Assembly: GCA_965218425.1 (NCBI GenBank)
Contig: OZ244621.1
Coordinates: 2,784,001-2,848,000, forward strand
Source of the DNA: an uncultured Candidatus Binatia bacterium
GTDB taxonomy: Bacteria; Desulfobacterota; Binatia; UBA9968; CAXXLF01
Reading direction: 5' to 3'
DNA: 64,000 nucleotides
The translations under genes and the position numbers were made by a program. Positions within the stretch are counted from its first letter, which is position 1. Every line of letters starts with the position of its first letter. Shown here one piece after another: positions 28,418 to 38,476 of this stretch. A model generated the notes under the pieces. That model was given only the letters and a program-made list of their open reading frames with translations. It was not told the origin of the DNA and made no database searches.

Positions 28418-29365
28418 CTAAAGTACAAAGGTTGTCCCTACGCTGTTGGCAATGAACGCCTCTGGAAATTCCCGAGCAATCTCATGGGTTGCTTTCCATC
28501 CCGTACAGTGCTGCGGCACAATAACCTTTGGATTGATCTCCTTCAACGCTTGAATCGTCGGCGAGATGATAGGCTCAAATATTTTGCCGGTGAGGTGGAG
28601 GCCTCCGATCACCGCATAAATATTGAAAACGCCTGTGGCGTTCTTTGCATGCAGCAAAGTATTGACCACCCCCGCATGTCCACATCCCGTCAGCACGACT
28701 AGGCCCTTATCCTTGACGTTGATCACCATGGCTTGATCATCATGGATCCAAGGGTCTGGCTGCCATTGGTCATCAATTTTTGCTTGATGCGGGGGAGATC
28801 CCTTCTCAAAGGGTGTCGTCCGGGCAATCTGGCCCGTGATCATGGTTTTTCCTTCAACCAGTATGGTTGGTCCCCGCTCTTCAATCACTTCCATCCCTTC
28901 GGCTTCGAGATCTTTCCTCACAGGCGGGATGTGATATGTTTCATGCCCGTCGGGGCGGACGTTCCTGCGTTCTAAGAATGCATCCGGGTGCATAACTACG
29001 GGAAGCTTCCTGCGGCCATGGCGTTTAAACAATCCAATCAGACCCCGTGTATGGTCCGTATGTCCGTGGCTCACGACTAATGCATGGAGTTCTTTTGGCC
29101 GAACTTCCAGTACGTCCATGTTGTGCAGCGCTCCGTCAACGGTGACGCCTGCGTCGAAAAGAAATTTATCCTCCTTGCCTTCTGAGAAAGTTGTTATAAG
29201 CATAGCTACCCCGTGCTCAGCCCTGAGCTGAGGTCGGGACATTGCGTCCGGCGCGCGAGCGGCTCGCTTGGCAATAGGAGTGCCTGCCATGAGCACGTCG
29301 ATGGAGTTATCCATGATGCTTAGTATCTCCACCCGATCCACGGGTTTTAACATTATCTCAGGCAT
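28418..29365 (-). CDS. MBL-fold metallo-hydrolase
   Basis: AEHG, SHGHTDH, TGCGHAG, GGLH, HCTG. Confidence 0.9.
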   Translation of the reverse strand: MPEIMLKPVDRVEILSIMDNSIDVLMAGTPIAKRAARAPDAMSRPQLRAEHGVAMLITTFSEGKEDKFLFDAGVTVDGALHNMDVLEVRPKELHALVVSHGHTDHTRGLIGLFKRHGRRKLPVVMHPDAFLERRNVRPDGHETYHIPPVRKDLEAEGMEVIEERGPTILVEGKTMITGQIARTTPFEKGSPPHQAKIDDQWQPDPWIHDDQAMVINVKDKGLVVLTGCGHAGVVNTLLHAKNATGVFNIYAVIGGLHLTGKIFEPIISPTIQALKEINPKVIVPQHCTGWKATHEIAREFPEAFIANSVGTTFVL

Positions 29366-29430
29366 GACGACCCACCTCACAGAAATTTTACTTTATTATT
29401 AAATTAATGGCAGATTTTTGCTAAATACCT

Positions 29431-30258
29431 TCACTTCGTTCCGACACCGATGAGCATTTCGCCTGGTAACTCACATCCCTTCGGCCCCTCAAAGCGGCGT
29501 AGTTGCTGCTCAAATTCCACGCAGGCCTGTTCACGCTCGGCCTCGCTCAGCTTGGCCAAAGGTTTCTCAAGCATATAACCACCTGTCTTAATCCTGCGGC
29601 TAACCTCGGCGCTAGACGGAAACCAACGTTGCACAGCGACCGTATGTACAGCGACATGGGAAAAGCCGCCATCTCTGAAGGCATTCTCAAAAAGAGAGGA
29701 TTCGCTGAGCGCGAACATGGGTGGCACTGTGCCTCCCAAGCGGTGGACCACCGCCAAAGGAATTCCCTCGTAAGGGTTCTTCTCCGCCGTTGAACGGACG
29801 AGGGCTACGACTTTTCCTCCTGGCTCTACTACTCGAAGCATCCCTCTCAGCGCTTTCGGTGGATTGGAGAGCAGCATCAAGCCTAACCGGCAGATGACTG
29901 CGTCGAAGGAGTCCGCGCCCAGGTCAAGGTTCTCGGCATCCATGAGGCGCGTCTCCACGTTGGTTAAGCCCGCCGTTCGCATTGCCTTAGCAGCGCCATT
30001 CAGCATGCTAGAAGAATTGTCTGTGGCCAACACATAGCCCTTAGGACCTACGCGCCGAGCGGCTAATAGGGTTTGGTCTCCCATTCCACACGCCACGTCG
30101 AGCACACGGATACCTGTCCGAACACCAGCCAGGTCGAGCATCATTTCTGTTGCTGGACCATAGACCTTGCCACGCTCGGCTTGCCTGATGCTCCACCGTT
30201 CGGCCCGCTCATTCCAGTTAATGCTTGTCTCACTAGAATCAGTTGATTTGGCGGTCAT
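29431..30258 (-). CDS. Class I SAM-dependent methyltransferase
   Basis: VLDVACGMG, SFDAVICRLG. Confidence 0.9.
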   Translation of the reverse strand: MTAKSTDSSETSINWNERAERWSIRQAERGKVYGPATEMMLDLAGVRTGIRVLDVACGMGDQTLLAARRVGPKGYVLATDNSSSMLNGAAKAMRTAGLTNVETRLMDAENLDLGADSFDAVICRLGLMLLSNPPKALRGMLRVVEPGGKVVALVRSTAEKNPYEGIPLAVVHRLGGTVPPMFALSESSLFENAFRDGGFSHVAVHTVAVQRWFPSSAEVSRRIKTGGYMLEKPLAKLSEAEREQACVEFEQQLRRFEGPKGCELPGEMLIGVGTK

Positions 30259-30312
30259 CGTCTTTTCTTTCCGAATTGCTCTGAAATAAAGCGACTTGAC
30301 TCTATGTTGAAT

Positions 30313-30600
30313 TCAATCCTGCTGGAGTGGCTCGCCGTGAGTTTCCCTTACCAATTTCTGTACTCTTTGATTTAAATCCTCGTTAAGCATGCCGCGCCAA
30401 CCGGGCACCTGTTTATCAAGGTTTACCCGAACCATGCGATCGATGAGAGGGACGACATAGATAATACCGGGTCCCCGGGTTCCCAATGACATGCCCAGTC
30501 TGAAAATCACGGCACGTTCATTTTCCCGCAGGACCCGAGCCCCGAAGAGGATTAGGATCACGATTAGAATAAGAATCGAAGGTCCAAACTCTTGAAGCAT
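30313..30600 (-). CDS. Short SPFH/stomatin N-terminal-like membrane protein
   Basis: TM segment then ENERAVIFRLG...GPGIIYVVPLIDRMVRV; 95 aa only; RBS present. Confidence 0.65.
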   Translation of the reverse strand: MLQEFGPSILILIVILILFGARVLRENERAVIFRLGMSLGTRGPGIIYVVPLIDRMVRVNLDKQVPGWRGMLNEDLNQRVQKLVRETHGEPLQQD

Positions 30601-30874
30601 TATCCTCTCCTCTGGTTTGTTCCTTTCTGAAATGACGTCACGCGGTAAACGACAAAACACCCATATCACTTTGGAGATGGGTGTCAATAATTCAATGTCG
30701 CAGTTAGGCCTGTTGTGTGAACGGGATTCATTTTTCGCTCCCGCTTGTGTTCCGCTATCACTGGCCGAATTTCCAGTGGAATCCGAAAAAGCTGGCCGGT
30801 CCGCTAGCGCGGTTACGCCATCGCCAAGGCCGTTTGATCGGTCGGATGGAGACCTTGGGCTTCTCATTGCGGGA

Positions 30875-31236
30875 GGAAGCAACGCTGCAAAGGTAGTCTG
30901 AATATCACTCCCTGGTTGGAATGGTTTCTCAGTTGCCTCGACCGCGCCTTTGGCCATGCGGAAGAAATCATTGGTGGCGTCCTGGTTAAACCCCGTTTTT
31001 GGGAAATGCATGCCAGCACATCGCTCAATGACCGCCAGCGAATGATGCTGGACAAGCCGCTGGACGGGTTTGAGGGCAAACTTACGACGTCCAAATGGGC
31101 GACGATGGCCCAATGCTCACAGGATACAGCCTTACATGACATACAAGACCTAATCAATCGGGGTATTCTTGCCAAAGAGCCCGGCGGGGGGCGCAGCACC
31201 AGTTATTCCTTGACGCAGCCGGAGGGGCTTCAATAG
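30875..31236 (+). pseudogene. Fic-family protein, C-terminal fragment
   Basis: LNITPWLEWFL...GFEGKLTTSKWA...CSQDTALHDIQDL...GGGRSTSY; the Fic catalytic motif is absent. Confidence 0.75.
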
Positions 31237-31518
31237 TACAAAAGCCACCGGCGTGGCACTGAAGAGCGTGTGGCCTTTCGATCTACCAGTGGCGATGGGT
31301 TTTATCCGAGGGCACAGGCAGCGCCCTGGTGTTATATGCCTTGGGTCACGCAAAAGGAGCCTCTTTTGATTTCCCGCTACAGGTAATGGAGAAATTGAGC
31401 GATGGGTTCAGTGCAGAGCGATGGCTCCAAAAGGTCCGTCTGGTACCCTAATGACACCCTAGCCTTTCTGATAGAGAAATTCTTGTCCTCCTAAGACTTG
31501 TCTTCCAACTGAGGACCT

Positions 31519-31926
31519 TTGGGGATGGATGAATCCCCCCGCCGCACCACTCACCAGTTGTCAGCCAAATCCGGACGGGTAAGGTACGTATCTTACTTAC
31601 TATCTATGAGGCAGAGAAAAGGCTGGATTTCCCGGGGTCTCCCGATTCCCGAAAGTACTCTCACATCAAAAAGGTTGAAAGGAGCCAACGAAGATGGCCC
31701 CGTTGAGATCGAGGCCTATAAGTGGCTCGAAAACGAGAGAAACAAAAGTAGTTGGCTACTTGGGGACGTGAGATTGCTGAAACAATGGAACCAGACACTC
31801 ACGCTGCTATGGTTTGAGGAGGGCGCCGACAAGGAACAGATGGAGCGCCTCGAGGAAGATGAAGACCCCGGGTTGCGGGAACTGGACGGCACGCTACCGT
31901 GGCCGGGAAAACGCAGGAGGAAATGA
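31519..31926 (+). pseudogene. Probable ImmA/IrrE-type metallopeptidase, C-terminal fragment
   Basis: Tail WNQTLTLLWFEE...ELDGTLPWPGKRRRK recalled from this family; no HExxH; degenerate 5' part. Confidence 0.4.
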
Positions 31927-32009
31927 CCTCTTTTAGTCAAAGATCGCCTTGAACAACAGGGCGAGCCTAATCCTATCGGTGGCCTCTAAACCAATCCACC
32001 CTTTGCTTT

Positions 32010-32366
32010 TTAAGGTCGGATAGTGTCGATCAGGTTTTGGAATGAGGAGAATTGGTTTCCTTTCCCGAATTCGGACTGATTTACTCGGATGTAGCGCCAG
32101 CGATTGCCGGTTTGGTCGGAGACCTTTCGGCACCAGTCGGAAATAGCGGCGTCCTTGGCTAGAGTGTCCTCCCATCCCCGGCCCTTAGTCTCGATGATCC
32201 AATTGACCTCCCCTCCGTCAACTTTCTTTTTGGATGGGGACGCAGGTAGGATAGTATGACCGATCGCGCCACTTGCCTTCAAGTAGTCTACTTTGAAACG
32301 GGTGCCGCTCTTCCGCTCCGTCGCGCCGAGAGAGGCAAAGCGGGGGATGTCGCTCACTTCCTTCAA
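32010..32366 (-). pseudogene. Type III restriction (Res) endonuclease, C-terminal fragment
   Basis: FKVDYLKASGAIG...VNWIIETKGR...KDAAISDWC...WRY; the YYP segment lies in a shifted frame. Confidence 0.7.
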
Positions 32367-32626
32367 TTTCCTTTGAACATGTTGGACCTAAACCACGGGT
32401 CGGATCCTAGTGCCTGCTATGGTGATTGTAAAGAAAAAAGCCGGGAGCCATGACAATAAGACTAGGGCAGCCGGGGGCGAGGGATCGTTTGTTTTTTAGC
32501 TCGTTCACATTCCACCAGCGTTTTGCCTTTACAGGCCCGCTTCAAGAGCGTTAACTTATTACGTTCCTTCCCGGCTGCCCCCGAGTGCATGGGGTGCAAA
32601 AGGACTGGGAAGACCGAATTCCACCT

Positions 32627-33235
32627 ATGGCGATCCAGCGAAACCAGGTAGACGAGAACAAGTTTAACCGCAAGGCGATTCTGCCGTTTCAACTTCGTCT
32701 GAAGGATTTTGGGATGGCTATGCAGGACGTCTACGATTTTTTCCACGATGTTAACGTGGGTCTCGTTGAGCGGGGACTTGAGCGTCTGGACGACCAGCTT
32801 CGTCCGGCAATCATGTCCGGCGTACTGTCGGACATGTTGACTGCTAGTCTGGCGAAGCATTCGAGAACGCTTACTGTGAATGCCTATTTCAATGGACATC
32901 CCGACCTGGTTGTCCGCGGGGTGTACCCTCTGGATTCTGTCAAGGCGGGGTCAAAAGGCGTTGAGATCAAGACAACAAGGAAGGCCGGCGGGGCGGTAGA
33001 CACGCACGGGGCAAGGGATCAATGGATGTGTGTATTCGTCTACGTCGTGGATAATCAAACCGAGCCAGCACGTAAGCGAAAACCAATGACATTTGCGGAA
33101 GTTTATCTGGGCCGGGTTTCTACAGTTGACTTCCGCAAAAATCCCCGAGGGGAGCTCGGAACGAGAACAGCAACGCTCCACCGGGAGGGGATAGAGAAGT
33201 TGCGGCAAAATTGGATCTACATATTGAAGGAATAA
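32627..33235 (+). CDS. Putative type II restriction endonuclease (PD-(D/E)xK)
   Basis: GHPDL...GVEIK catalytic pattern; convergent with, and overlapping, a DNA methyltransferase. Confidence 0.75.
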   Translation: MAIQRNQVDENKFNRKAILPFQLRLKDFGMAMQDVYDFFHDVNVGLVERGLERLDDQLRPAIMSGVLSDMLTASLAKHSRTLTVNAYFNGHPDLVVRGVYPLDSVKAGSKGVEIKTTRKAGGAVDTHGARDQWMCVFVYVVDNQTEPARKRKPMTFAEVYLGRVSTVDFRKNPRGELGTRTATLHREGIEKLRQNWIYILKE

Positions 33236-34389
33236 TTCCCGCCGTTCTTGAACGCAGTGAGCTTTGGAATCGCCGTTCTAGCCAAGTCAAAATACCGAGG
33301 GTCTTTCTCTAGTCCTAGGCTTTCGTATCCGACCGCCTCAGCGGCGGCCAAAGTCGAGCCCGATCCAGCAAACGGGTCGAGGACGGTACCCTCGCCAAGT
33401 GGAAGGACCCCTCGGATTAAGCTACGCAGAAAAGCCTGAGGTTTAAGACTTGGATGAGGTGCCAGGCCACGCTCGGATTTATGGGTTGGCGATGACGGAA
33501 TTACATCCCCAAAGGGACGATCGCCTGAGGGTCGTCTGAAGCCACCGGCTTTCCACTTTCGAAGATTGTCTTGGATGCGGCCCTCGATCGGTTTCCGAAA
33601 AAGAATCCAAGGCTCCCACATTGAGCGCGGCATCACGCTTACGCCGGAAAATTCCTCATGCGCATGTTTTGGCCTGTCACCCCCGCGCATCGTCATAACG
33701 AGTCGTACAATTTCTCCGCGCCGCTCCAAACCGGACCGCGCCAGAGCGCCTGAGACCACATAGGATAGCAGAGGATTGCTCGCGACGATGACATTGGCTC
33801 CAGGAACAAGGACTGGTAGCAGCGCTCGGCCCCACTGAAAGAAGAAGCGTGCGAGCTCTTCAACATTTTCTGGAGAGAGGACCGTGAAACGAGGAAGGGG
33901 CGAGCGTTTAGTCCCATCGAATGCGGGTGGAATTCGCCAGATTCCACCCTTTCCATTGCGAAGTTTACTCTGTTGCTCGGGGGCGTACTCCACCAGTCCG
34001 TATGGCGGGTCCGTCACCACAGCATGGATGGAATTCTCCCGTCGCTGTTCCAACCACTCAAAACAATCAACTTCAATCAAGGTTGCTCGCCCGAACCTGG
34101 TTGATCGGTGTGATATCGGCTTTCCTGGCTTTGATCCATATGCCGCGGAAGGAGCCTCGCGGATGGTATATACACCTCGGTCCCGCCGGCGAAAAAGTGA
34201 ATCGGAGTTTAAACGAAGGTACGAACGTATACTCGACGGGGCGGCGCCACCTATTAGATTACGAACAGCGTCTTGGATTTCGGCGACGGAGGCTCCGTAA
34301 GGCTTTGTCGATAGTGCAGCAACGATTGCGTCACGGACCTCGCCCGGCCGTCGGCGCTTCTGATTTTTTCGTCTTCCTAATGTTGGCAT
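33217..34389 (-). CDS. Beta-class N4C/N6A DNA methyltransferase with N-terminal winged-HTH
   Basis: DPPY precedes HPSLKP and DPFAGSGST; about 75-aa wHTH-like N-terminus. Confidence 0.92.
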   Translation of the reverse strand: MPTLGRRKNQKRRRPGEVRDAIVAALSTKPYGASVAEIQDAVRNLIGGAAPSSIRSYLRLNSDSLFRRRDRGVYTIREAPSAAYGSKPGKPISHRSTRFGRATLIEVDCFEWLEQRRENSIHAVVTDPPYGLVEYAPEQQSKLRNGKGGIWRIPPAFDGTKRSPLPRFTVLSPENVEELARFFFQWGRALLPVLVPGANVIVASNPLLSYVVSGALARSGLERRGEIVRLVMTMRGGDRPKHAHEEFSGVSVMPRSMWEPWILFRKPIEGRIQDNLRKWKAGGFRRPSGDRPFGDVIPSSPTHKSERGLAPHPSLKPQAFLRSLIRGVLPLGEGTVLDPFAGSGSTLAAAEAVGYESLGLEKDPRYFDLARTAIPKLTAFKNGGNYSFNM

Positions 34390-34395
34390 GAACGA

Positions 34396-34424
34396 AGATT
34401 ACGACGTCCAGACGTCTTTGTCAA
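34396..34424 (-). promoter_or_regulatory. Leaderless sigma-70 promoter of the MTase, with two GACGTC sites in the spacer
   Basis: TTGACA (34424-34419)-17-TAATCT (34401-34396), 6 nt before the ATG; GACGTC at 34403-34408 and 34411-34416; no SD. Confidence 0.7.
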
Positions 34425-34497
34425 TGTTTTTCTAAAGGCGCTGGCACAAAGCCAACCATTGCTGGCTCTTGGTTTACGTTCAGAGGCTACGATTCAC

Positions 34498-36927
34498 TTA
34501 AGTTTTTGCCCGTTGGTTAATGGCGTTCCACAGTCTCAAGGGCGTGAAGGGGGCCTCGGTGACCCGGACTCCCAGGGGCTCGAGGGCATTGTTGACGGCA
34601 CACAGGATGGCGGCTGGTGTGGTATGGATCGCCGCCTCGCCGACGCCTTTGACCCCAAGTGCCGTGATGGGAGAGGGGGTACACATCTCGTACTGCTCTG
34701 TTGTCGGCACCTCCGTGATCCTGGGCATCAGGTAGTCCATGTAAGTGGAGGTGAGAATCTGTCCCTGTTCATCGTAAACGTATTCCTCGTGGAGTGCTAC
34801 GCCAACCCCATGGGCCATCCCTCCGATGAGCATTCCTTTTACGACGCTCGGATTCAATCGAACGCCGCAGTCGTCCACCATGATGTATCTGAGGATCTGC
34901 ACCATTCCAGTCTCCCGGTCCACTTCCACCATGCACAGGTGCTGGGCGCTGGTGGCGGTGACGCTGTAACGGCCCCAGCCGTGCTCATCTGGAATGGAAC
35001 GGTCGGGTGGGTTCCAAACATAGGTTGCCTCCGGATTGGCATCGATACCCTCAGGTAGCAGGTCCGGACGCATGGCCATGGCCATGACCACTTTCATGGT
35101 TGGCAAGGCCTTTTCGGGGACACCGCGCACACGAAACTGTCCGTCGAAGAATTCTACGTCCTGTGGCGCCGCCTCCATCATACCCGCCGCAACCCGTGCG
35201 AGCTTATCGGTGAGCCGCTTTGCCGCCCCGAGGACGGCGCCGCTGAGGGCAATGGCCAGGGAACTGGAGATAGGTCCTGTACCAGGCTGCATGGTTAGGC
35301 TGTCGACGGTGATGACCCGTATGTCGTCCGGCGTCATGGAAAAGTAGTCGGCGAGGATCTGGCGCACAAAGCTGTGCTGGCTCTGTCCCCCTTGGGGAAA
35401 GCCCACCTCTACGATCACCTTGCCGAACTGGTCGATGCGAATGAGCACACCTTCCGGCGACGAGGTTCGCGTGAAGATGCGGGGCGATGCCAGGGAAAGC
35501 ATGGGCGGGCCCGTCAACCCGGGTTCGATGCTGCTCACCACACTAAGGCCCACGAGCCGGCCCTCCGAGCGAGCCTGTTCCTGCTCGCGCTTGAGATCAC
35601 CGTAACCGGACTTCTCGAGCAGCATCCTGAGACCTTCCTCGTAGTTGCCGCTGTCGTAGACGTTGCCCGACGGCAACTCGTAGGGAAAGCTGTCCTTGCT
35701 GATGAGGTTGCGTCGGCGCAGCTCGATGGGGTCCATGGCGAGCTCTTTCGCCGCCATGTCCATCAGTTGCTCGAGGACCCAGAAATGTGGCGGCAGGCCG
35801 AAGGCCCGCATGGGTCCCTGGGGGACCTTGTTGGTTACCACGGCCTTGGTATCGTACTCGAAGTTCGGGAGATGGTAGCAACTGCCGAAGGCAAGGATCG
35901 GTTTGATAACCATGCCGACGGCGAGCCATTCGGAAAAGGCTCCCATGTCGTCGATCATGTTGACCCGCATTCCCGTAAGGGTGCCGTCGCGCTTCAGGGC
36001 CAATTCACACTCGTAAAAACGGTCCCAGGCGTGGCTGCTATTGCCGATCATGTGCTCGATGCGGTCTTCGGTCCACTTGACGGGACGACCACCAAGTTTT
36101 TTCGCTAGCAGTGAGAGCAGGGTCACGTATCGGGCGAAGGTCTTGACGCCGAAGCTTCCACCCAGGTTGGATTGAATAATCCGGATGTTGGAAGAGGGTA
36201 GGCCCAGGGAAAAGACCAAGGCGGGTAGAATGAGGTGTGGCGAACGATGGCTGCCGCGTAGGGTCAGCATGTTTGTCACTGGATCCCAGTCTGCAATACA
36301 GACGCAGGTCTCAATAGAATTGCCGCTGCTGCGGTGCCAACGAAACTTTTCTCTGACCACTGTGTCCGCTTCAGCAAAGGCCTGCTGTGTGTTCCCGTAA
36401 GAGAATTTACGGGCGTACGCGGTGTTGCTCTCTTTCCCCTCCAGTACAATGGGTCCCTCACCGGCGGCAGCGTTTACGGCGTCCACCACTGGCTCCAGAG
36501 GCTCGTAATCCACTGCAATCAGTTCCAGTGCGTCTTCGGCGGTATAGCGGTCCTTGGCAGCCACCACAGCCACGGGCTCCCCAACCCAGTGGGTGATTTC
36601 AACTGCCAGCGCATGGCCGGTCCAACCCTCAGGTATGCCGAATACGGGGCTTGACCACTGTTTGACCTCTTGACCGGTGAGCACAGCGGTGACGCCTGGA
36701 AGTTTTTCCGCCCTGGAGGTATCGATGCCCTTGATGCGGGCGCGAGGGTGGGGACTGCGCAGTATGGCTGCGTGCAGCATCCCGGGCAGTTGTATGTCGT
36801 TACCGAACTCGACCCTTCCCGTAAGCAGCAAGGGGTCTTCCGTACGAGGCACGTCGCGTGCCACATAGCGCGGTTGGCTGATGGGAAGGTTTTCGGGAAG
36901 TTTGGGATCGGCGGTGGCCATAAGCAT
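34498..36927 (-). CDS. Molybdenum hydroxylase large subunit L3
   Basis: RSPHPRA, LGGSFG, loop GPMRAFGLP, KGVGE; closest in-window relative of L2. Confidence 0.92.
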   Translation of the reverse strand: MLMATADPKLPENLPISQPRYVARDVPRTEDPLLLTGRVEFGNDIQLPGMLHAAILRSPHPRARIKGIDTSRAEKLPGVTAVLTGQEVKQWSSPVFGIPEGWTGHALAVEITHWVGEPVAVVAAKDRYTAEDALELIAVDYEPLEPVVDAVNAAAGEGPIVLEGKESNTAYARKFSYGNTQQAFAEADTVVREKFRWHRSSGNSIETCVCIADWDPVTNMLTLRGSHRSPHLILPALVFSLGLPSSNIRIIQSNLGGSFGVKTFARYVTLLSLLAKKLGGRPVKWTEDRIEHMIGNSSHAWDRFYECELALKRDGTLTGMRVNMIDDMGAFSEWLAVGMVIKPILAFGSCYHLPNFEYDTKAVVTNKVPQGPMRAFGLPPHFWVLEQLMDMAAKELAMDPIELRRRNLISKDSFPYELPSGNVYDSGNYEEGLRMLLEKSGYGDLKREQEQARSEGRLVGLSVVSSIEPGLTGPPMLSLASPRIFTRTSSPEGVLIRIDQFGKVIVEVGFPQGGQSQHSFVRQILADYFSMTPDDIRVITVDSLTMQPGTGPISSSLAIALSGAVLGAAKRLTDKLARVAAGMMEAAPQDVEFFDGQFRVRGVPEKALPTMKVVMAMAMRPDLLPEGIDANPEATYVWNPPDRSIPDEHGWGRYSVTATSAQHLCMVEVDRETGMVQILRYIMVDDCGVRLNPSVVKGMLIGGMAHGVGVALHEEYVYDEQGQILTSTYMDYLMPRITEVPTTEQYEMCTPSPITALGVKGVGEAAIHTTPAAILCAVNNALEPLGVRVTEAPFTPLRLWNAINQRAKT

Positions 36928-37091
36928 CTTTTTAGGATTTAAATCAAGTAACAGTCCGGATCCACGGAAGTGGACTCAATCCCCACCGTGGTCTCTAGTG
37001 AGAAAAGGGGAATGTCCCATGAGCAATGCAACCTCTTCGCATGTATGTCCTCTCACATGCTTTCGCCGCTGTTGTCCCGAAAACTTTGGAG

Positions 37092-37601
37092 CTATTTTGG
37101 GTTGGTCTCCGGGGCCGCAGCTTCACCCCGAAGCCGGGATGCCGCCAGTTTCACCGATTCAAGAATATCTTCGTATCCGGTACAGCGACATAGATGACCC
37201 GACAGCCACTCCTTGATCTCATCCACGCTAGGATTGGGGTTGGATTGGAGGAGTTTGTGTGTCGTCATCAGGAAACCAGGAGTACAGAACCCACATTGGA
37301 GCCCATGCTTTTCCCGGAACGATTGCTGGATGGGATGGAGTTCCCCCGTTGGACTTGCGAGACCCTCTACGGTCATCAGTTCCATGCCATCCGCCTGTAC
37401 CGCGAGCAGGAGACAGGAACGAACGGTTTCACCGTTCATCAGGATCGTACAAGCGCCGCATACGCCGTGCTCGCATCCAATATTGGTGCCGCACAGTCCG
37501 AGATCCTCGCGTAGAAAGTCCGATAGGGTCTTGCGTACCTCCACCGTTCCTTCGTGATCCACGCCGTTGACCCTTAACCTAACGGTTCGATTGGTTGCCA
37601 T
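37092..37601 (-). CDS. Mo-hydroxylase small (2Fe-2S) subunit
   Basis: GCEHGVCGAC, QCGFCTPG, LCRCTGY. Confidence 0.95.
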   Translation of the reverse strand: MATNRTVRLRVNGVDHEGTVEVRKTLSDFLREDLGLCGTNIGCEHGVCGACTILMNGETVRSCLLLAVQADGMELMTVEGLASPTGELHPIQQSFREKHGLQCGFCTPGFLMTTHKLLQSNPNPSVDEIKEWLSGHLCRCTGYEDILESVKLAASRLRGEAAAPETNPK

Positions 37602-38476
37602 CAGTTCCCTCCAAGTTTCCGCCAGGCCTGATCGAGGGAGCGCCTGGTTAGTGTCCCTGCCACGGACCGTCGGTAGTCTGCGGAGGCGTGCAGGTCATTG
37701 TCCGGATCCAATGCTTTGGTTACGGCATCGGCGGCGGCCTGAAACGCAGCCTCGCCCGGCGCTTGACCCACCAGGAGTTGTTCGGCCGCTTCGACCCGCA
37801 CTGGTGTGGGGCCAACGCCAAAATAGACCAGTCGCGCTTCGGTCACCGACTTGCGGGCTTGGTCAAGGCGTAAACCGGCCACGACACCCACCAGGGCGAA
37901 GTCCCCATGACGTCTGCTCACCTCGAGAAATGACCAGGCCATGTCCTTTGGAGGAGCAATAAATCGTACCTCCGTTAACATTTCATTGGGCAGGAGACTT
38001 GTGGTGAAGAAACTGACGAAGAATTCGTCGCTGGGGATAGTCCGTGATCCATTGGAACCGGAGGTCACCATCTCTGCTCCCAGTGCCAACGCCAGGGCGG
38101 GTAACTCCGCCGCAGGATCGGCATGAGCGATACTGCCACAGATGGTGCCGCGGCTCCGGATCTGTGGATGCGCGATATGCCGGGCCGCGTCGCATAGGAT
38201 TGGGACACGTTCTGAAAACAGTTGGGCTTTCTCGATGGTTTGCACGGGTACGGTTGCGCCCACGGCAACCCCTTTATCCCAGGGCCGGACATAGTACAGG
38301 CCTTGAATGCGGTTGATATCAACGATCACTTTGGGTCGAACGAGCCTCATATTAAGGAGGGGCATCAGGCTCTGACCCCCTGACAGCACCTTGCATTCGC
38401 CGGAGTTATCGTTGAGTAGCTTCAGTGCCTCTTCCACGGAATGCGGGTCGTGATAATCAAAAACCGGTGGTTTCAT
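37601..38476 (-). CDS. Mo-hydroxylase medium (FAD) subunit
   Basis: MKPPVF, SGGQSL, IRSRGTICGS, RRHGDFA. Confidence 0.95.
   Translation of the reverse strand: MKPPVFDYHDPHSVEEALKLLNDNSGECKVLSGGQSLMPLLNMRLVRPKVIVDINRIQGLYYVRPWDKGVAVGATVPVQTIEKAQLFSERVPILCDAARHIAHPQIRSRGTICGSIAHADPAAELPALALALGAEMVTSGSNGSRTIPSDEFFVSFFTTSLLPNEMLTEVRFIAPPKDMAWSFLEVSRRHGDFALVGVVAGLRLDQARKSVTEARLVYFGVGPTPVRVEAAEQLLVGQAPGEAAFQAAADAVTKALDPDNDLHASADYRRSVAGTLTRRSLDQAWRKLGGN

Noticed and set aside
30601..31113. N-terminal extension of the 266-aa ORF
   Set aside because: Antisense to the Fic fragment; the RBS and promoter support a start at 30600
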